A stretch of 35,621 nucleotides of DNA from an uncultured Candidatus Saccharibacteria bacterium (GTDB lineage: Bacteria > Patescibacteriota > Saccharimonadia > Saccharimonadales > UBA10212): contig CAZXDA010000003.1 in assembly GCA_964639445.1 (NCBI GenBank), positions 1 through 35,621 on the forward strand, read 5' to 3'. Position 1 is the first letter of the stretch, and each line of letters starts with the position of its first letter. Below the pieces are notes generated by a model, which was not told the DNA's origin, did not search any database, and was given only the letters and a program-made list of their open reading frames with translations. Shown here in pieces: positions 1 through 11,519 of the stretch. The position numbers and the translations under genes are program-made.

Positions 1-1
1 A

Positions 2-82
2 ACCGAAAAAGTGCTGCGAGCTAAACTTAACGAACGCGAGGAAAGACGGCTGATAGAAGCCTCCTTAAAGGAGATAGAATGA
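2..82 (+). CDS. 3' end of an upstream CDS that runs off the window, probably F-type ATP synthase subunit b
   Basis: Frame 2 is open from the window edge (..TEKVLRAKLNEREERRLIEASLKEIE*). The text is charged and coiled-coil-like. The TGA stop overlaps the atpH ATG (ATGA). The slot directly upstream of delta-alpha-gamma-beta-epsilon is where atpF normally sits. Confidence 0.45.
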   Translation, partial: TEKVLRAKLNEREERRLIEASLKEIE

Positions 83-471
83 TCAATTTTTCCCGGCGGC
101 AATTGGCCAAATATGCTGTTAATCAAATGTTGGCGGGGCAATCAACCGCTAGCTTGGCTAAACAACTGGCGGCAGCTTTGCTTGCAGCCCGCAGGCAAAG
201 AGAAGCAGAACTGTTTTTGGCCGATATAGATCAAGAGATGGAAGACCGCGGCCTGCTGGCTAAAGCTCGGGTTACAACTGCTCAACCGCTTTCTAAAGCC
301 TTAAGACAAGAGATTGCTAAACTTATCAAGCAACAGGCCGCTGTTAAAGAGACAATTTTGGTTGAAGAGATAGATAAAGCCGTGATTGGCGGCATAAAAA
401 TCGAAACCGCTAATCATGCGTGGGACAAAACCCTAAAGCGAACACTGGCGGACATTAAGGAGGCTATCTAG
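79..471 (+). CDS. atpH: F-type ATP synthase subunit delta (OSCP-like), unusually short at 130 aa
   Basis: Lies between the putative atpF end and atpA. The C-terminal text 'AVIGGIKIETANHAWDKTLKRTLADI' resembles the delta/OSCP C-terminal signature (..GG..i..gd...D.S....L). Confidence 0.7.
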   Translation: MINFSRRQLAKYAVNQMLAGQSTASLAKQLAAALLAARRQREAELFLADIDQEMEDRGLLAKARVTTAQPLSKALRQEIAKLIKQQAAVKETILVEEIDKAVIGGIKIETANHAWDKTLKRTLADIKEAI

Positions 472-2010
472 ATGGCTGGGGTAAAGCTCAACGTTCAGGA
501 ACTAGCTGAAGAGGTCCGCCAAGCAATTGGCAAACTGGAGGCTATCGGTGATCAAAAAGCGGCCGGTGTGGTTACACGGGTTGGCGACGGCGTAGTTTGG
601 GTCTACGGTTTACGGGATTGCGGCTTGGGCGAAATGCTGGAAATCGAGGGCGCTAAGATCACTACTGCGGCCTTTGCCCTTAACCTGCTGGAGGATGAAA
701 TCGGTGCTGTGCTGCTTGGTGATGATAGAGGGGTAAAAGCCGGTGACCGCGTTAAACTATCTGGCCAAATTTTATCGGTACCGGTCGGGCCGGAACTGAT
801 TGGTCGAGTTATTGACCCGCTGGGTAATCCTTTGGATGGAAAAGGCCCAATTAAAACCAAAGCGCGCGGCGAAATTGAAAAAATAGCCCCCGGTGTTTTA
901 GCCCGCCGCAGTGTATATGAATCCGTACCTACCGGCATTACTGCCATTGACGCTATGGTGCCGATTGGCCGCGGCCAGCGGGAGTTAATTTTGGGCGACC
1001 GCCAAACCGGCAAAACCGCCATTACGGTTGATACCATGATCAACCAAACCCGCCAAAAAACTGGCATCATTAGCATTTATGTGGCAGTCGCTCAAAAGCG
1101 GGCCAAAATTGCCAGGCTAATTGACCGATTGCGCCGTGAAGGCGTGATGGAAAACAGCATTTTGGTGGTGAGCTCGGCGGCCGACCCGGCGCCGCTGCAA
1201 TATTTGGCACCTTATGCCGGTTGCGCGATTGGCGAGTGGTTCCGCGACAACAAGCAACATGCCTTGATTATTTATGACGACCTTTCTAAACATGCCGTGG
1301 CTTATCGACAAATGTCGCTGCTGCTGCGCCGGCCGCCCGGCCGCGAAGCTTACCCCGGTGATGTTTTTTACCTGCATTCGAGATTGCTAGAGCGAGCCGC
1401 CAAATTAAATGATGATTTGGGCGGCGGCTCGCTCACCGCTCTACCAATTATCGAGACCCAGGCCGGGGATGTTAGCGCTTACATTCCAACCAACGTCATC
1501 TCTATTACTGACGGCCAGCTTTATTTGGAAAGCGACTTGTTCTATCAGGGTGTCCGGCCGGCCATATCTGTTGGACTATCTGTTTCGCGCGTTGGCGGCA
1601 ATGCTCAACCACCGGTCATTAAAGATGTTGCTGGGCGCTTAAGGCTGGATTTAGCGCAGTATCGCGAATTGGCAGCCTTTTCACAATTCGCTACCGATCT
1701 TGATCAGCAAACTCAAGCCCAACTGTCCCGCGGCCAACTGTTAACAGAAATTCTTAAGCAACCGCAATATTCTCCTCTGCCCGTCTGGCAACAAGTAGTC
1801 AGTATTTATGCCGCCACCGAGGGCGCCTTTGATGGTATAGACATTAAGTATGTTAAAACTGCTCAAAACGCCATGTTGAGCGCCTTAGAAAAACGCCCTA
1901 AATTAGTAGATGCTTTGCAAAAAGGCAATAAAGCCACTGACGAGACTAGAAAAAGCATCCTCGAAGTAGCCAAAGACATTGCCAAACAATACAAAGGAGA
2001 AAAGAAATAG
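472..2010 (+). CDS. atpA: F-type ATP synthase subunit alpha
   Basis: 512 aa. Walker A 'GDRQTGKT'. Typical alpha-subunit blocks '[47 protein letters not shown]' and '[28 protein letters not shown]'. Confidence 0.97.
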   Translation: MAGVKLNVQELAEEVRQAIGKLEAIGDQKAAGVVTRVGDGVVWVYGLRDCGLGEMLEIEGAKITTAAFALNLLEDEIGAVLLGDDRGVKAGDRVKLSGQILSVPVGPELIGRVIDPLGNPLDGKGPIKTKARGEIEKIAPGVLARRSVYESVPTGITAIDAMVPIGRGQRELILGDRQTGKTAITVDTMINQTRQKTGIISIYVAVAQKRAKIARLIDRLRREGVMENSILVVSSAADPAPLQYLAPYAGCAIGEWFRDNKQHALIIYDDLSKHAVAYRQMSLLLRRPPGREAYPGDVFYLHSRLLERAAKLNDDLGGGSLTALPIIETQAGDVSAYIPTNVISITDGQLYLESDLFYQGVRPAISVGLSVSRVGGNAQPPVIKDVAGRLRLDLAQYRELAAFSQFATDLDQQTQAQLSRGQLLTEILKQPQYSPLPVWQQVVSIYAATEGAFDGIDIKYVKTAQNAMLSALEKRPKLVDALQKGNKATDETRKSILEVAKDIAKQYKGEKK

Positions 2011-2885
2011 TGGCTTCTACGCAAATTCTTAGGCGACGGATCCGCTCAGTCAGTAACACCAAGCAAATTACCAAAGCCATGGAGCTGGTAGCGGCCGCTA
2101 AACTGCGCCGCGTGCAAGAGGCCGCTCAAAAAAGCCGGCTTTATAGTGATGCCGCCATCAGCATTTTGCGCCGCCTCAATCACAGCGTAGAGGCTACTCA
2201 ACACCCCTACTTTAAGCCGGCGCCGGCCAAAGCCAAGCTCTATATTATTTTTAGCAGCGACAGAGGCTTGGCCGGCGCCTACAACAGTAATGTTTTTAAC
2301 GCTGCCAGTCGGGCTTTTATGGAAGATCAAAAAGCCGGACTGCAGCCTTTGGTAATATCAATCGGCCGTAAAGGCGGGCGCCGTTTTGCCCGCGTCACCG
2401 ATATCGAACTAATCGGAGAATATGAAAATGTAGCGGACGATCCCGACATTAATATCTTTGCGCCAATCTTAGAGACCATTACTGAGGGTATAGCCGCCCG
2501 CCGCTTTAACTCTGTAGTCTTAATCTTTACTGAATCTGTCTCTACCATGTCGCAGCAGGTTCGAACGCTTCAGCTGGTGCCTATTGCCCCCGAACAAGCT
2601 GATGCCGAAAAAGAAAATCAGCCCAAGATTACATACGAACTGGAGCCGGAAGCTAAAGTGGTTTTAGAAGACGCTCTAAAACTTTATTTTGAATCAAGCT
2701 TACGCCGGGCGCGGGTAGAGGCTGCGGCTTCAGAGTATGCCATGCGCATGGTGTCCATGAATAACGCCACTCGCAACGCTGACGAGTTTATAGGCCATTT
2801 AACACTGGAACTTAATGCTACCCGTCAGGCAGCCATTACTCAAGAAATTGCCGAAATTATTGGCGGTGCGGAGGCTATTGTATGA
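2010..2885 (+). CDS. atpG: F-type ATP synthase subunit gamma
   Basis: GTG start overlaps the atpA TAG (TAGTG), with GGAG about 10 nt upstream. N-terminal 'IRRRIRSVSNTKQITKAMELVAAAKLRR' and C-terminal 'LNATRQAAITQEIAEIIGGAEA' are gamma hallmarks. Confidence 0.93.
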   Translation: MASTQILRRRIRSVSNTKQITKAMELVAAAKLRRVQEAAQKSRLYSDAAISILRRLNHSVEATQHPYFKPAPAKAKLYIIFSSDRGLAGAYNSNVFNAASRAFMEDQKAGLQPLVISIGRKGGRRFARVTDIELIGEYENVADDPDINIFAPILETITEGIAARRFNSVVLIFTESVSTMSQQVRTLQLVPIAPEQADAEKENQPKITYELEPEAKVVLEDALKLYFESSLRRARVEAAASEYAMRMVSMNNATRNADEFIGHLTLELNATRQAAITQEIAEIIGGAEAIV

Positions 2886-2944
2886 CCCCGATTAGAAGTA
2901 GCACGCTTAACGCTGGCTCCGATTTGCTAGCGCAGAATCAGACT

Positions 2945-4838
<1,894 letters not shown>

Positions 4839-4967
4839 CAGCTCCGCATTAGCGACTTCGCTTACTAAGCGTTGGTTAGAAAAATCACATATTCCATAGC
4901 GGAATAATCACAGCACAACTCCCAGCATATGCATTAAGATGAAAATGCTAGTAAATGCGGGGGTTCA

Positions 4968-5150
4968 ATGAAAAAATTTCGTGGACTAAAGGGTACATAC
5001 TCAAAAAAACACTTCATTGTTAACAAACCAACTACCCTTTCGGCACTAAGCTTTGATGATTTGTACGAAGACATTAGTGAGGGCTGGCTAGAAAAAGCCA
5101 GGAGACTGCAAGCCCGCCGCTGGCGCAAGATTAAGCACCAAACGGCTTAA
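4968..5150 (+). CDS. Hypothetical small basic protein (60 aa)
   Basis: ORF with a G-rich SD-like 'gcggggg' 4-10 nt upstream. No recognisable family. An antisense ORF overlaps it, so coding status is uncertain. Confidence 0.3.
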   Translation: MKKFRGLKGTYSKKHFIVNKPTTLSALSFDDLYEDISEGWLEKARRLQARRWRKIKHQTA

Positions 5151-5323
5151 AAATTTAGTTTTTTGACACTCCGGCCAAAATAGGGCATGGACGGAGGGAG
5201 GTTTAGCGGAAAAACGATCCAATCGCCTGACACTGCGACAAATATGACGTCCAGTTAGAAGGAGAGTTTAGGAAAGAGGGATCGTTTTTTTATTGCGGTG
5301 TAAAATAAATATAGGAGGCATAT

Positions 5324-5542
5324 ATGTTGATAGACTACGAGCCAAACGAAGAAGAGTCATTAGAGGCCACCAGTGAAGAACGACGCCAAAAACACACCAA
5401 TCCGGCGGCGCCTCCGCGTGACGTTCCAAATGACGTACCGCCTGACCACCCCTCTCTCGATAGTGATGTTGATCAAACAGAAATGGAAGACGAAGGCCGC
5501 TATGGCGCCTCCGGCATTCACGACCAAGAAGAACGTTCTTAA
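5324..5542 (+). CDS. Hypothetical small acidic, Pro-rich protein (72 aa)
   Basis: Strong RBS 'taggagg' 7 nt upstream of the ATG. Low-complexity acidic sequence. Overlaps the start region of the next gene in another frame. Confidence 0.4.
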   Translation: MLIDYEPNEEESLEATSEERRQKHTNPAAPPRDVPNDVPPDHPSLDSDVDQTEMEDEGRYGASGIHDQEERS

Positions 5543-6584
5543 AAAACTCTTCCGGGGTTTAATATTTGCACTCTTGTTACTGTTTGTTGGCGCCGGCTTA
5601 TTTTTTTATTTTCATTCTTTTCACAAGGAGTGGCCAAGAAAAGGTATTTTAGCCGAGGACCAGCTGTTTCCGGCCTCGCCGGAAACGGCCTACAAAAATC
5701 TCGATTTGAAAATCGCCGCTAAATACCGCTTCACTAGCGATTCGATCAAAAAAGTTCAGTCACTAGGAGTAGAAAATGGCAGCGGGATATTTATTGTCAG
5801 TTTTAAAGTGCCAGCAGATAATCTAACTGAATATGGCTTAATGAGTGTGCCAACTTCGCCTCAACCCGCCAAAGGTTATCCGGTTATCATTCTTTGCCAT
5901 GGTTACACAAAGCCCAGTCGTTACTCGACAACCAAATACTATTTGAGTGATATGGAAGAGTATTCGGCCAACGGCTTTGTAGTTATTAAGCCGGATTTCC
6001 GTGGTCAGGGTTTGTCTTTGTATGTCGGCCAGCCGGAGGGCGCCTACTATTCTATGGCCTATAACACCGATCTTCTAAGCCTGATTGCCGCTGTTAAAAA
6101 AACCAACTATCTTAATAGCGCCAATATTAACCTATGGGGACATAGTCTGGGTGCTTATATAGCCTTGCGGGCGGCAGTGCTTTCGCCGGATATTAAAAAT
6201 GTAATTTTGCTTTCCGGCCCGGTGGGTAGCGCCTCAGATATGTTTATCGATTTTACGCCCATATCAGACCGTACTAATCCGGTAGCGGAAAATATCAGAA
6301 AGGCTATGCTGTTAAGATACCGCACGCCGCTAAGTAACCCCCAATTTTGGGATGCCACTTCACCGCTGTCTTATCTAAATCAGCTTAAGGCCTACGTACA
6401 GATACACGTCGGCAGCAATGATGTCATTGTGCCACCGCGTTTTTCGGCCGACTTAGATAAGGCTCTGACCGCCGCCAAAAAGCCGCATGATTATTTTATT
6501 TACCCCGGCGGCAGCCATGGCCTGGTAGATGAGCGGCCACAAATATATGCCCGCAGCCTGCAACTTTTAAAAAGCCGGCTCTAA
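5502..6584 (+). CDS. Membrane-anchored alpha/beta hydrolase (S9 peptidase / dienelactone-hydrolase-like)
   Basis: Nucleophile elbow 'GHSLGAY'. Candidate acid in 'GSNDVIVP' and His in 'GGSHGL'. One N-terminal TM helix 'LFRGLIFALLLLFVGAGLFFYF'. The track ORF opens at 5373; I prefer the ATG at 5502 (MAPPAFTTKKN..), just before the TM helix, but the start is uncertain. Confidence 0.75.
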   Translation: MAPPAFTTKKNVLKKLFRGLIFALLLLFVGAGLFFYFHSFHKEWPRKGILAEDQLFPASPETAYKNLDLKIAAKYRFTSDSIKKVQSLGVENGSGIFIVSFKVPADNLTEYGLMSVPTSPQPAKGYPVIILCHGYTKPSRYSTTKYYLSDMEEYSANGFVVIKPDFRGQGLSLYVGQPEGAYYSMAYNTDLLSLIAAVKKTNYLNSANINLWGHSLGAYIALRAAVLSPDIKNVILLSGPVGSASDMFIDFTPISDRTNPVAENIRKAMLLRYRTPLSNPQFWDATSPLSYLNQLKAYVQIHVGSNDVIVPPRFSADLDKALTAAKKPHDYFIYPGGSHGLVDERPQIYARSLQLLKSRL

Positions 6585-7744
6585 CGAGTAAAGTATTTTG
6601 CTTCGAAGCTTTTATAAAATTTGGTAACAACCACTAAAACCGCCAGGCCGGCAGTCGTGATGAGAAAATTTTCAAAGAAGGTGGTTCGGGAAGGTATTAT
6701 ATACATTTTTAAAATAAAAACTATAAAGGCCTCTAAAATATAAACAAACAGGCTGTTGCGTCCCAGCAGTTCTAAGATGCCTCGACTAGCACGACCGATT
6801 CTATCTTCATATTTATGAACGACCCAATAAAGCACCGTAAACCACAGGAAAAATAAACCAATCCTCAAAGGGCCCATCGTCCATTTATCGGCATAAACCC
6901 ACATATCGTAATTTAACCGGCCCCAGGTTGCGGTTAAATGCTGCATTGGCTGTGATAAATCGCCCTTTCCCCATAAATAGTAGAACAGGTTCAGTAAATA
7001 TATACTGGCGTAGCTGGCAATAAAGGTTATTGCGGCCGCGGCGGCGGCAGTTCGCTTAACCAGCCGCCGCCGCGCCGGAGTCAAGCGACGGAAACGAACG
7101 GTAATTTCTTGCCAGTAAAAGCCGATTATTATCCCCAGATTAAAGATAACTTGCCAAGCTAGGTTAAAGCTCTCTCCTCTAAAAAACCACATGGCCGCTA
7201 TGGCAATCACCGCCAACCACCATTTACCGCGAGCCACTAAGTAAAAAATAATCGGCGCAATCAACATCAAAACTGCAAAATGCACCAGAAAATCTGCCCA
7301 GCCGTAAGTGAAGCGGGCTAGCAAAATCTGACCAGTATAATGTCCCCACGGAAAAGGATTGGGCAAAACATCCTTAATTGGCGCATGATGCGTGAGCAAT
7401 ACCCAGTTTAAGAATGTGAGCGTCAACGCCGTTCCGGCTATATAAAGCTCTAGCGCCCGCCGCCACATCTTGCGAAAGATAAATTTCATGCCCATATGCA
7501 GACGACGCTTATAAATCATGCCTATTAAAAGTCCGGATAGGAAAAAGAAGCCTTCAGCAGCCGACACCCATAGCCGGCCTTTACCGGTAAAAATATCCCA
7601 GCCGGCTGGGTAAAGCTCGATGTGGTCTATCAAAATCACCGCCAAAAAGAAGCCGCGAATGAGGTCAATTGCTAAAATACGCTTTGTTTTAGCTTTAACT
7701 ACTACATCTTCTTCAACTATATTTAACGTGGCCGCTTTCGTCAT
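6581..7744 (-). CDS. Polytopic membrane protein, OpgC / acyltransferase-3-like
   Basis: About 10 predicted TM helices. The N-terminal 'ILAIDLIRGFFLAVILIDHIE' matches the D..RG......H opening motif I associate with the OpgC/acyltransferase_3/DUF1624 family. The start overlaps the stop of the upstream ligase gene (ATGA). Confidence 0.55.
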   Translation of the reverse strand: MTKAATLNIVEEDVVVKAKTKRILAIDLIRGFFLAVILIDHIELYPAGWDIFTGKGRLWVSAAEGFFFLSGLLIGMIYKRRLHMGMKFIFRKMWRRALELYIAGTALTLTFLNWVLLTHHAPIKDVLPNPFPWGHYTGQILLARFTYGWADFLVHFAVLMLIAPIIFYLVARGKWWLAVIAIAAMWFFRGESFNLAWQVIFNLGIIIGFYWQEITVRFRRLTPARRRLVKRTAAAAAAITFIASYASIYLLNLFYYLWGKGDLSQPMQHLTATWGRLNYDMWVYADKWTMGPLRIGLFFLWFTVLYWVVHKYEDRIGRASRGILELLGRNSLFVYILEAFIVFILKMYIIPSRTTFFENFLITTAGLAVLVVVTKFYKSFEAKYFTR

Positions 7745-9171
7745 TTGGTTTGATGGGCTAGCTCTTTGAGTTTGGCAATCCGCGGCTTACCGCTACGCGT
7801 ACGCGGCAGATTAGGCAAATAAACTATGCGGTCCGGCCGCCAGGCAAACAATAAATTTTGCTTGCAGTAGCGTCTAATTTCGGGCTCATTTAAATCGCTG
7901 ACCACAAAATAAACTAACTCGTCGTTAGGTTGGTCCGGGATCTGATGAGCCATAACATAAATATCTTGAATTTTAGGGTGTTGATGCATGGCCCATTCTA
8001 CATCCCGCGGCGAAATGGTGTAGCCGAAGCGCCTGATCTGTTCAGCCACGCGTCCTTTAAGGTATAGATAGCCGCCGCGCATCTCGCCAATATCGCCGGT
8101 ACGGAAGTATCCATCCGAGGCATAAGCCGCTTTGGTAGCTCGTGGATTATGAAAGTAACCGGAGAATACGCCCGGCGATTTAATCTCCACCTCGCCATGC
8201 TCGCCCAGCCTCATATCAACACCGGGTAGAATTTTGCCGGGCGAGCCCAGCATTGGCTTATCGCCAAGCCGATTGGCAGCGATTCTGCCGGTCTCACTCG
8301 AGCCATACGTTTCCAATATCTCTATACCGTAACGACTTTTAAGTCGTCGCCAGATTTCCGGCGGTAGCGGAGCTGCGCCCGATACAAACAATCTGACTTC
8401 TGACAAATTGTATCCTTTGTTAGGAGCGGCAGCCAGCTTAATGTAAGCCGAAGCCGCGTGCGTAAAGAAGCTGATTTTGCCTGACGATAAAGCCCGCAAC
8501 GTTTCCTCTTCATCAAACCACCTCTGAAGATATAAAGTGTTGCCATGGTACAGAAAACCGGACAAGCTCATAACCACCCCGAGCATATGGCTAAGCGGTA
8601 CGGAAACCAGCAGTGAGTCATCCGTTGTCCACTGCCAAACTTGCGAGCAAACTTTTATATTCCAAATGTGGTTAGCGTGAGTATTGGGCACAGCCTTGGG
8701 CGAGCCGGTTGTGCCAGAGGTAAACGTTAAAGAGGCAATTTGCTTATTTGCCGGCAGACGCAATGGTTGCTTAAGTTTAGCGCCACCTTTTTTAAAGTCA
8801 TCAACCATTAATAGCGGCAACTCGTGTTCGCCGATCTTCTGACGATATTCGGTGTTGGTGATTATCAATTTAGATGGTATTTCTTCGATGATGGCGTCAA
8901 GTTCCAGCCTTTTATAGGCTGGGTCCAGCGGAAAAGCTATTTGGCCACAATAAAGCGCGGCCAAATAGGCTACTACAAAATCGATTGAATTTGGCAGCAG
9001 GATTACAACGACTTCTTGCCTATTGTTGCCCAAATAATCAGCCATTTGGCCGCTGGCAGTTTGGACTTTCTGCCACAGCTGTTGCCAAGTTAAGGATTGG
9101 CCTTCAAAGACAACAGCCTTCTTGGCAGCATAGACCTCCGCATTCCGCTGCAAATAATCAGTCAAGTGCAT
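7741..9171 (-). CDS. Adenylate-forming enzyme (AMP-dependent synthetase/ligase, ANL superfamily)
   Basis: ANL core motifs 'LTFTSGTTGSPKAV', 'YGSSETG', 'FRTGDIG', 'PRTRSGKP'. Confidence 0.85.
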   Translation of the reverse strand: MHLTDYLQRNAEVYAAKKAVVFEGQSLTWQQLWQKVQTASGQMADYLGNNRQEVVVILLPNSIDFVVAYLAALYCGQIAFPLDPAYKRLELDAIIEEIPSKLIITNTEYRQKIGEHELPLLMVDDFKKGGAKLKQPLRLPANKQIASLTFTSGTTGSPKAVPNTHANHIWNIKVCSQVWQWTTDDSLLVSVPLSHMLGVVMSLSGFLYHGNTLYLQRWFDEEETLRALSSGKISFFTHAASAYIKLAAAPNKGYNLSEVRLFVSGAAPLPPEIWRRLKSRYGIEILETYGSSETGRIAANRLGDKPMLGSPGKILPGVDMRLGEHGEVEIKSPGVFSGYFHNPRATKAAYASDGYFRTGDIGEMRGGYLYLKGRVAEQIRRFGYTISPRDVEWAMHQHPKIQDIYVMAHQIPDQPNDELVYFVVSDLNEPEIRRYCKQNLLFAWRPDRIVYLPNLPRTRSGKPRIAKLKELAHQTK

Positions 9172-9194
9172 TCGCTACTAGTAATTATAGCTTA

Positions 9195-10034
9195 CTAACG
9201 GACGTATTCACGCAGCTGGGCGACGTTTTCGTCCTGACGTAACTTATCTGTAGCTTTGGCCTCGATTTGGCGAATACGTTCGCGCGTAACACCCAGTTCT
9301 TGACCAACTTCTTCCAGTGTGCGCGGGCGGCCGTTTTCCAAGCCATAACGCATGGCAATAACCTTTTGTTCACGCGGATTAAGCACCGCCAGCATCCTGC
9401 GCACATCTTCACGTAACAGGGTTTTCGTAGTAGCTTCCTGCGGCGTCGGAGTATCTTGATTAGCTATCATATCGCCTAAGGTTGCGCCTTCTTCTTCGTC
9501 GCCAATAGGGGTTTCCAGTGAGATAACATCTTGCCTGATTTTATGCAGCTGATCTATTCGGGCTACACTAAGATCGGTGGCTTTAGCTAGTTCCTCGTTA
9601 GTTGGATCGCGCTGCAGCTCTTCACGTAATTTCTGCTCGGCGGCCGATAGCTTATTGAGTGTTTCGATAACATGCACCGGTATGCGAATAGTACGAGCAT
9701 AATCAGCTATAGCGCGCGTAATAGCCTGGCGGATCCACCATGTAGCATAGGTAGAGAATTTGTAGCCTTTGCGCCAGTCAAACTTTTCGACAGCCCGAAT
9801 CAAACCACGGTGGCCTTCGCCAATTAAGTCTTCTAGATCAAGTCCTCGGCCTTGATAGCGGCGGGCAATCGAAATAACTAGGCGCAAGTTAGATAAAATT
9901 AGCCTCTCCCGGGTCTCTTCATCCCCCTTTTCGGCTTTTTTAGCCAATTCAACCTCCTCCTCGGCTTTAAGCAGAGGATAGCGTGCTACATCTTTAAGAT
10001 AAAGACCCAACGGCCCAAACGTCTCTTCATCCAT
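9195..10034 (-). CDS. rpoD: RNA polymerase sigma-70 family factor, compact primary-like form (279 aa)
   Basis: Region 2 '[29 protein letters not shown]'. Region 4.2 '[23 protein letters not shown]'. No region 1.1 or non-conserved spacer. GGAGG upstream. Confidence 0.85.
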   Translation of the reverse strand: MDEETFGPLGLYLKDVARYPLLKAEEEVELAKKAEKGDEETRERLILSNLRLVISIARRYQGRGLDLEDLIGEGHRGLIRAVEKFDWRKGYKFSTYATWWIRQAITRAIADYARTIRIPVHVIETLNKLSAAEQKLREELQRDPTNEELAKATDLSVARIDQLHKIRQDVISLETPIGDEEEGATLGDMIANQDTPTPQEATTKTLLREDVRRMLAVLNPREQKVIAMRYGLENGRPRTLEEVGQELGVTRERIRQIEAKATDKLRQDENVAQLREYVR

Positions 10035-10152
10035 AATTGTCCTCCTTTAAGGAGCTCTATAACACCTAAGAGAAATGTTTATTCTTATATCTATTTTAGC
10101 ATAAGACAGGTGGATGGAAGTGAGCTTTTTAACAAAATCTTTGATATAAAAA

Positions 10153-10227
10153 TGGCTGGGATGGTAGGATTCGAACCTACGATCTCCTCGTCCAGAGCGA
10201 GGCGCCTTACCGCTTGGCCACATCCCA
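10153..10227 (-). tRNA. tRNA-Gln (anticodon CUG), CCA encoded
   Basis: Hand-folded cloverleaf: TGGGATG TG GCC AAGCGGTAA GGC G CCTCG CTCTGGA CGAGG AGATC GTAGG TTCGAAT CCTAC CATCCCA G CCA. The layout is the same as E. coli tRNA-Gln as I recall it. Confidence 0.9.
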
Positions 10228-10239
10228 ACGACCCCTGTA

Positions 10240-10245
10240 ATTATA
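10240..10245 (-). promoter_or_regulatory. Perfect TATAAT -10 box 12 nt upstream of the tRNA-Gln 5' end
   Basis: The minus strand reads ..aaaggTATAATtacaggggtcgt|TGGGATG. The -35 is weak (TAGTTT at 17-nt spacing). Confidence 0.4.
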
Positions 10246-10289
10246 CCTTTAGCTCGCACATAAAACTAGACAGCGCTATACTAATCATC

Positions 10290-10925
10290 ATGATCCACCC
10301 GATTGGGCGTAAAGAACTGTGGCACGCTCAACTGGTTTTTTTGCTAGCAGTCATACTACAGTTCACCATACCCAATGAGCTCCGTGTTGGCAACAAATGG
10401 ACCATTGCGCTTATCGAACTAGTTCTTGTGAGCGGCATCGGTATCACAGCGCCTCGGCGTCATATTAGTTTCAAAAACTTCAATCGTACAATAGCTATCT
10501 TGCTTATTGGCGTAATGTCATTTGCCAACTTAAGCTCATTAACCCTAGTTATCAACGGCTTGCTAAATGGTAGCCCAGTTCCAGGTAAGAACTTGGTAGC
10601 AGCGGCTTTTGCCATTTTTGTCACTAATATCATTGTTTTCAGCCTGTGGTACTGGGAGCTCGATAGCCCGGGTCTCTCCGGTAGACACAATTACAGCCGC
10701 AATAAACAGCTCCAGTTCCCGCAAAACTCGGACCGATCAGACAGTTCGTGGCGGCCAACATTCTTTGACTATTTATACGTCTCGATCACCAACAGTACGG
10801 CCTTCAGCCCGACCGACACAATGCCTCTTACTCACACTGCCAAGGCTTTAATGAGCATTCAGGCGCTCATTGCTCTTTTGACGGTTGTTCTTGTTACCGC
10901 CCGTGCCGTTAATATACTTGGCTAG
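10290..10925 (+). CDS. Membrane protein, DUF1345-like
   Basis: The track ORF (10110..) runs through the tRNA, so I start at the ATG at 10290 ([14 protein letters not shown]..). Four to five TM helices. 'WYWELDSPG' and '[18 protein letters not shown]' resemble DUF1345. Confidence 0.55.
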   Translation: MIHPIGRKELWHAQLVFLLAVILQFTIPNELRVGNKWTIALIELVLVSGIGITAPRRHISFKNFNRTIAILLIGVMSFANLSSLTLVINGLLNGSPVPGKNLVAAAFAIFVTNIIVFSLWYWELDSPGLSGRHNYSRNKQLQFPQNSDRSDSSWRPTFFDYLYVSITNSTAFSPTDTMPLTHTAKALMSIQALIALLTVVLVTARAVNILG

Positions 10926-11505
10926 ATACTTCGTCCCAGTTGACTACATTCCACCACGCTTCGATATATTCTGGCCTGCGGTTTTGGTATTTGAGATAGT
11001 ACGCGTGTTCCCAGACATCCAAGCCCAAAATTGGAGCTTTGCCTTCCATGAGCGGGCTGTCTTGATTGGCGGTGGAATAGACTTCGTATTTATCGCCGCT
11101 TTTGGCTAGCCATGCCCAGCCGGAACCAAAACGATTAACTGCCGCTTCTGTAAATTGCTCTTTAAATTTATCAAAGCCGCCAAACTGCGAGTTAATTACA
11201 TCCGCTATTTTGCCTACGGGCTGTTTAGGTCCTCCCGGTTTCATAATCTGCCAAAACAAGCTGTGGTTGGCGTGCCCGCCGCCGTTATTAATTACAGCTT
11301 GGCGGATATTTTCCGGCACGCTTTTGATGTCAGTTAAGATTTCCTCTATTTTCTTATTCTGCCAGTCGGGATACTTTTCCAGTGCGGCGTTTAATTTTTC
11401 CACATACGCGCCATGATGCTTATCGTGGTGAATTTCCATGGTTTTGGCGTCAATGTATGGCTCAAGCGCATCAAATGCATAGCCCAAATCAGGCAGTTTG
11501 AACAT
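10909..11505 (-). CDS. sodA: Superoxide dismutase, Fe/Mn family, Mn-type residues
   Basis: '[13 protein letters not shown]', '[13 protein letters not shown]', 'STANQDSP', '[12 protein letters not shown]'. The GGH..H and NQD context is Mn-type. GGAGG RBS. Confidence 0.93.
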   Translation of the reverse strand: MFKLPDLGYAFDALEPYIDAKTMEIHHDKHHGAYVEKLNAALEKYPDWQNKKIEEILTDIKSVPENIRQAVINNGGGHANHSLFWQIMKPGGPKQPVGKIADVINSQFGGFDKFKEQFTEAAVNRFGSGWAWLAKSGDKYEVYSTANQDSPLMEGKAPILGLDVWEHAYYLKYQNRRPEYIEAWWNVVNWDEVSSQVY

Positions 11506-11519
11506 TGTGACCTCCGTTT

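Noticed and set aside
603-1076. Long antisense or alternative-frame ORFs lie inside strongly supported genes. Examples: 603..1076-, 1117..1377-, 2046..2548-, 4434..4724-, 11102..11416+, 13371..13773+, 18009..18317+, 24129..24818-, 33644..35335+.
   Set aside because: Each lies wholly within a CDS that has clear family motifs on the other strand or frame. Their compositions are Ser/Pro/Ala/Arg-rich, typical of shadow ORFs. Those in the giant gene are products of the nucleotide repeats.
10047-10289. ORFs 10047..10259(-) and the 5' part of 10110..10925(+) overlap tRNA-Gln.
   Set aside because: They run through a well-folded tRNA and its promoter. The plus-strand gene is better started at the ATG at 10290.
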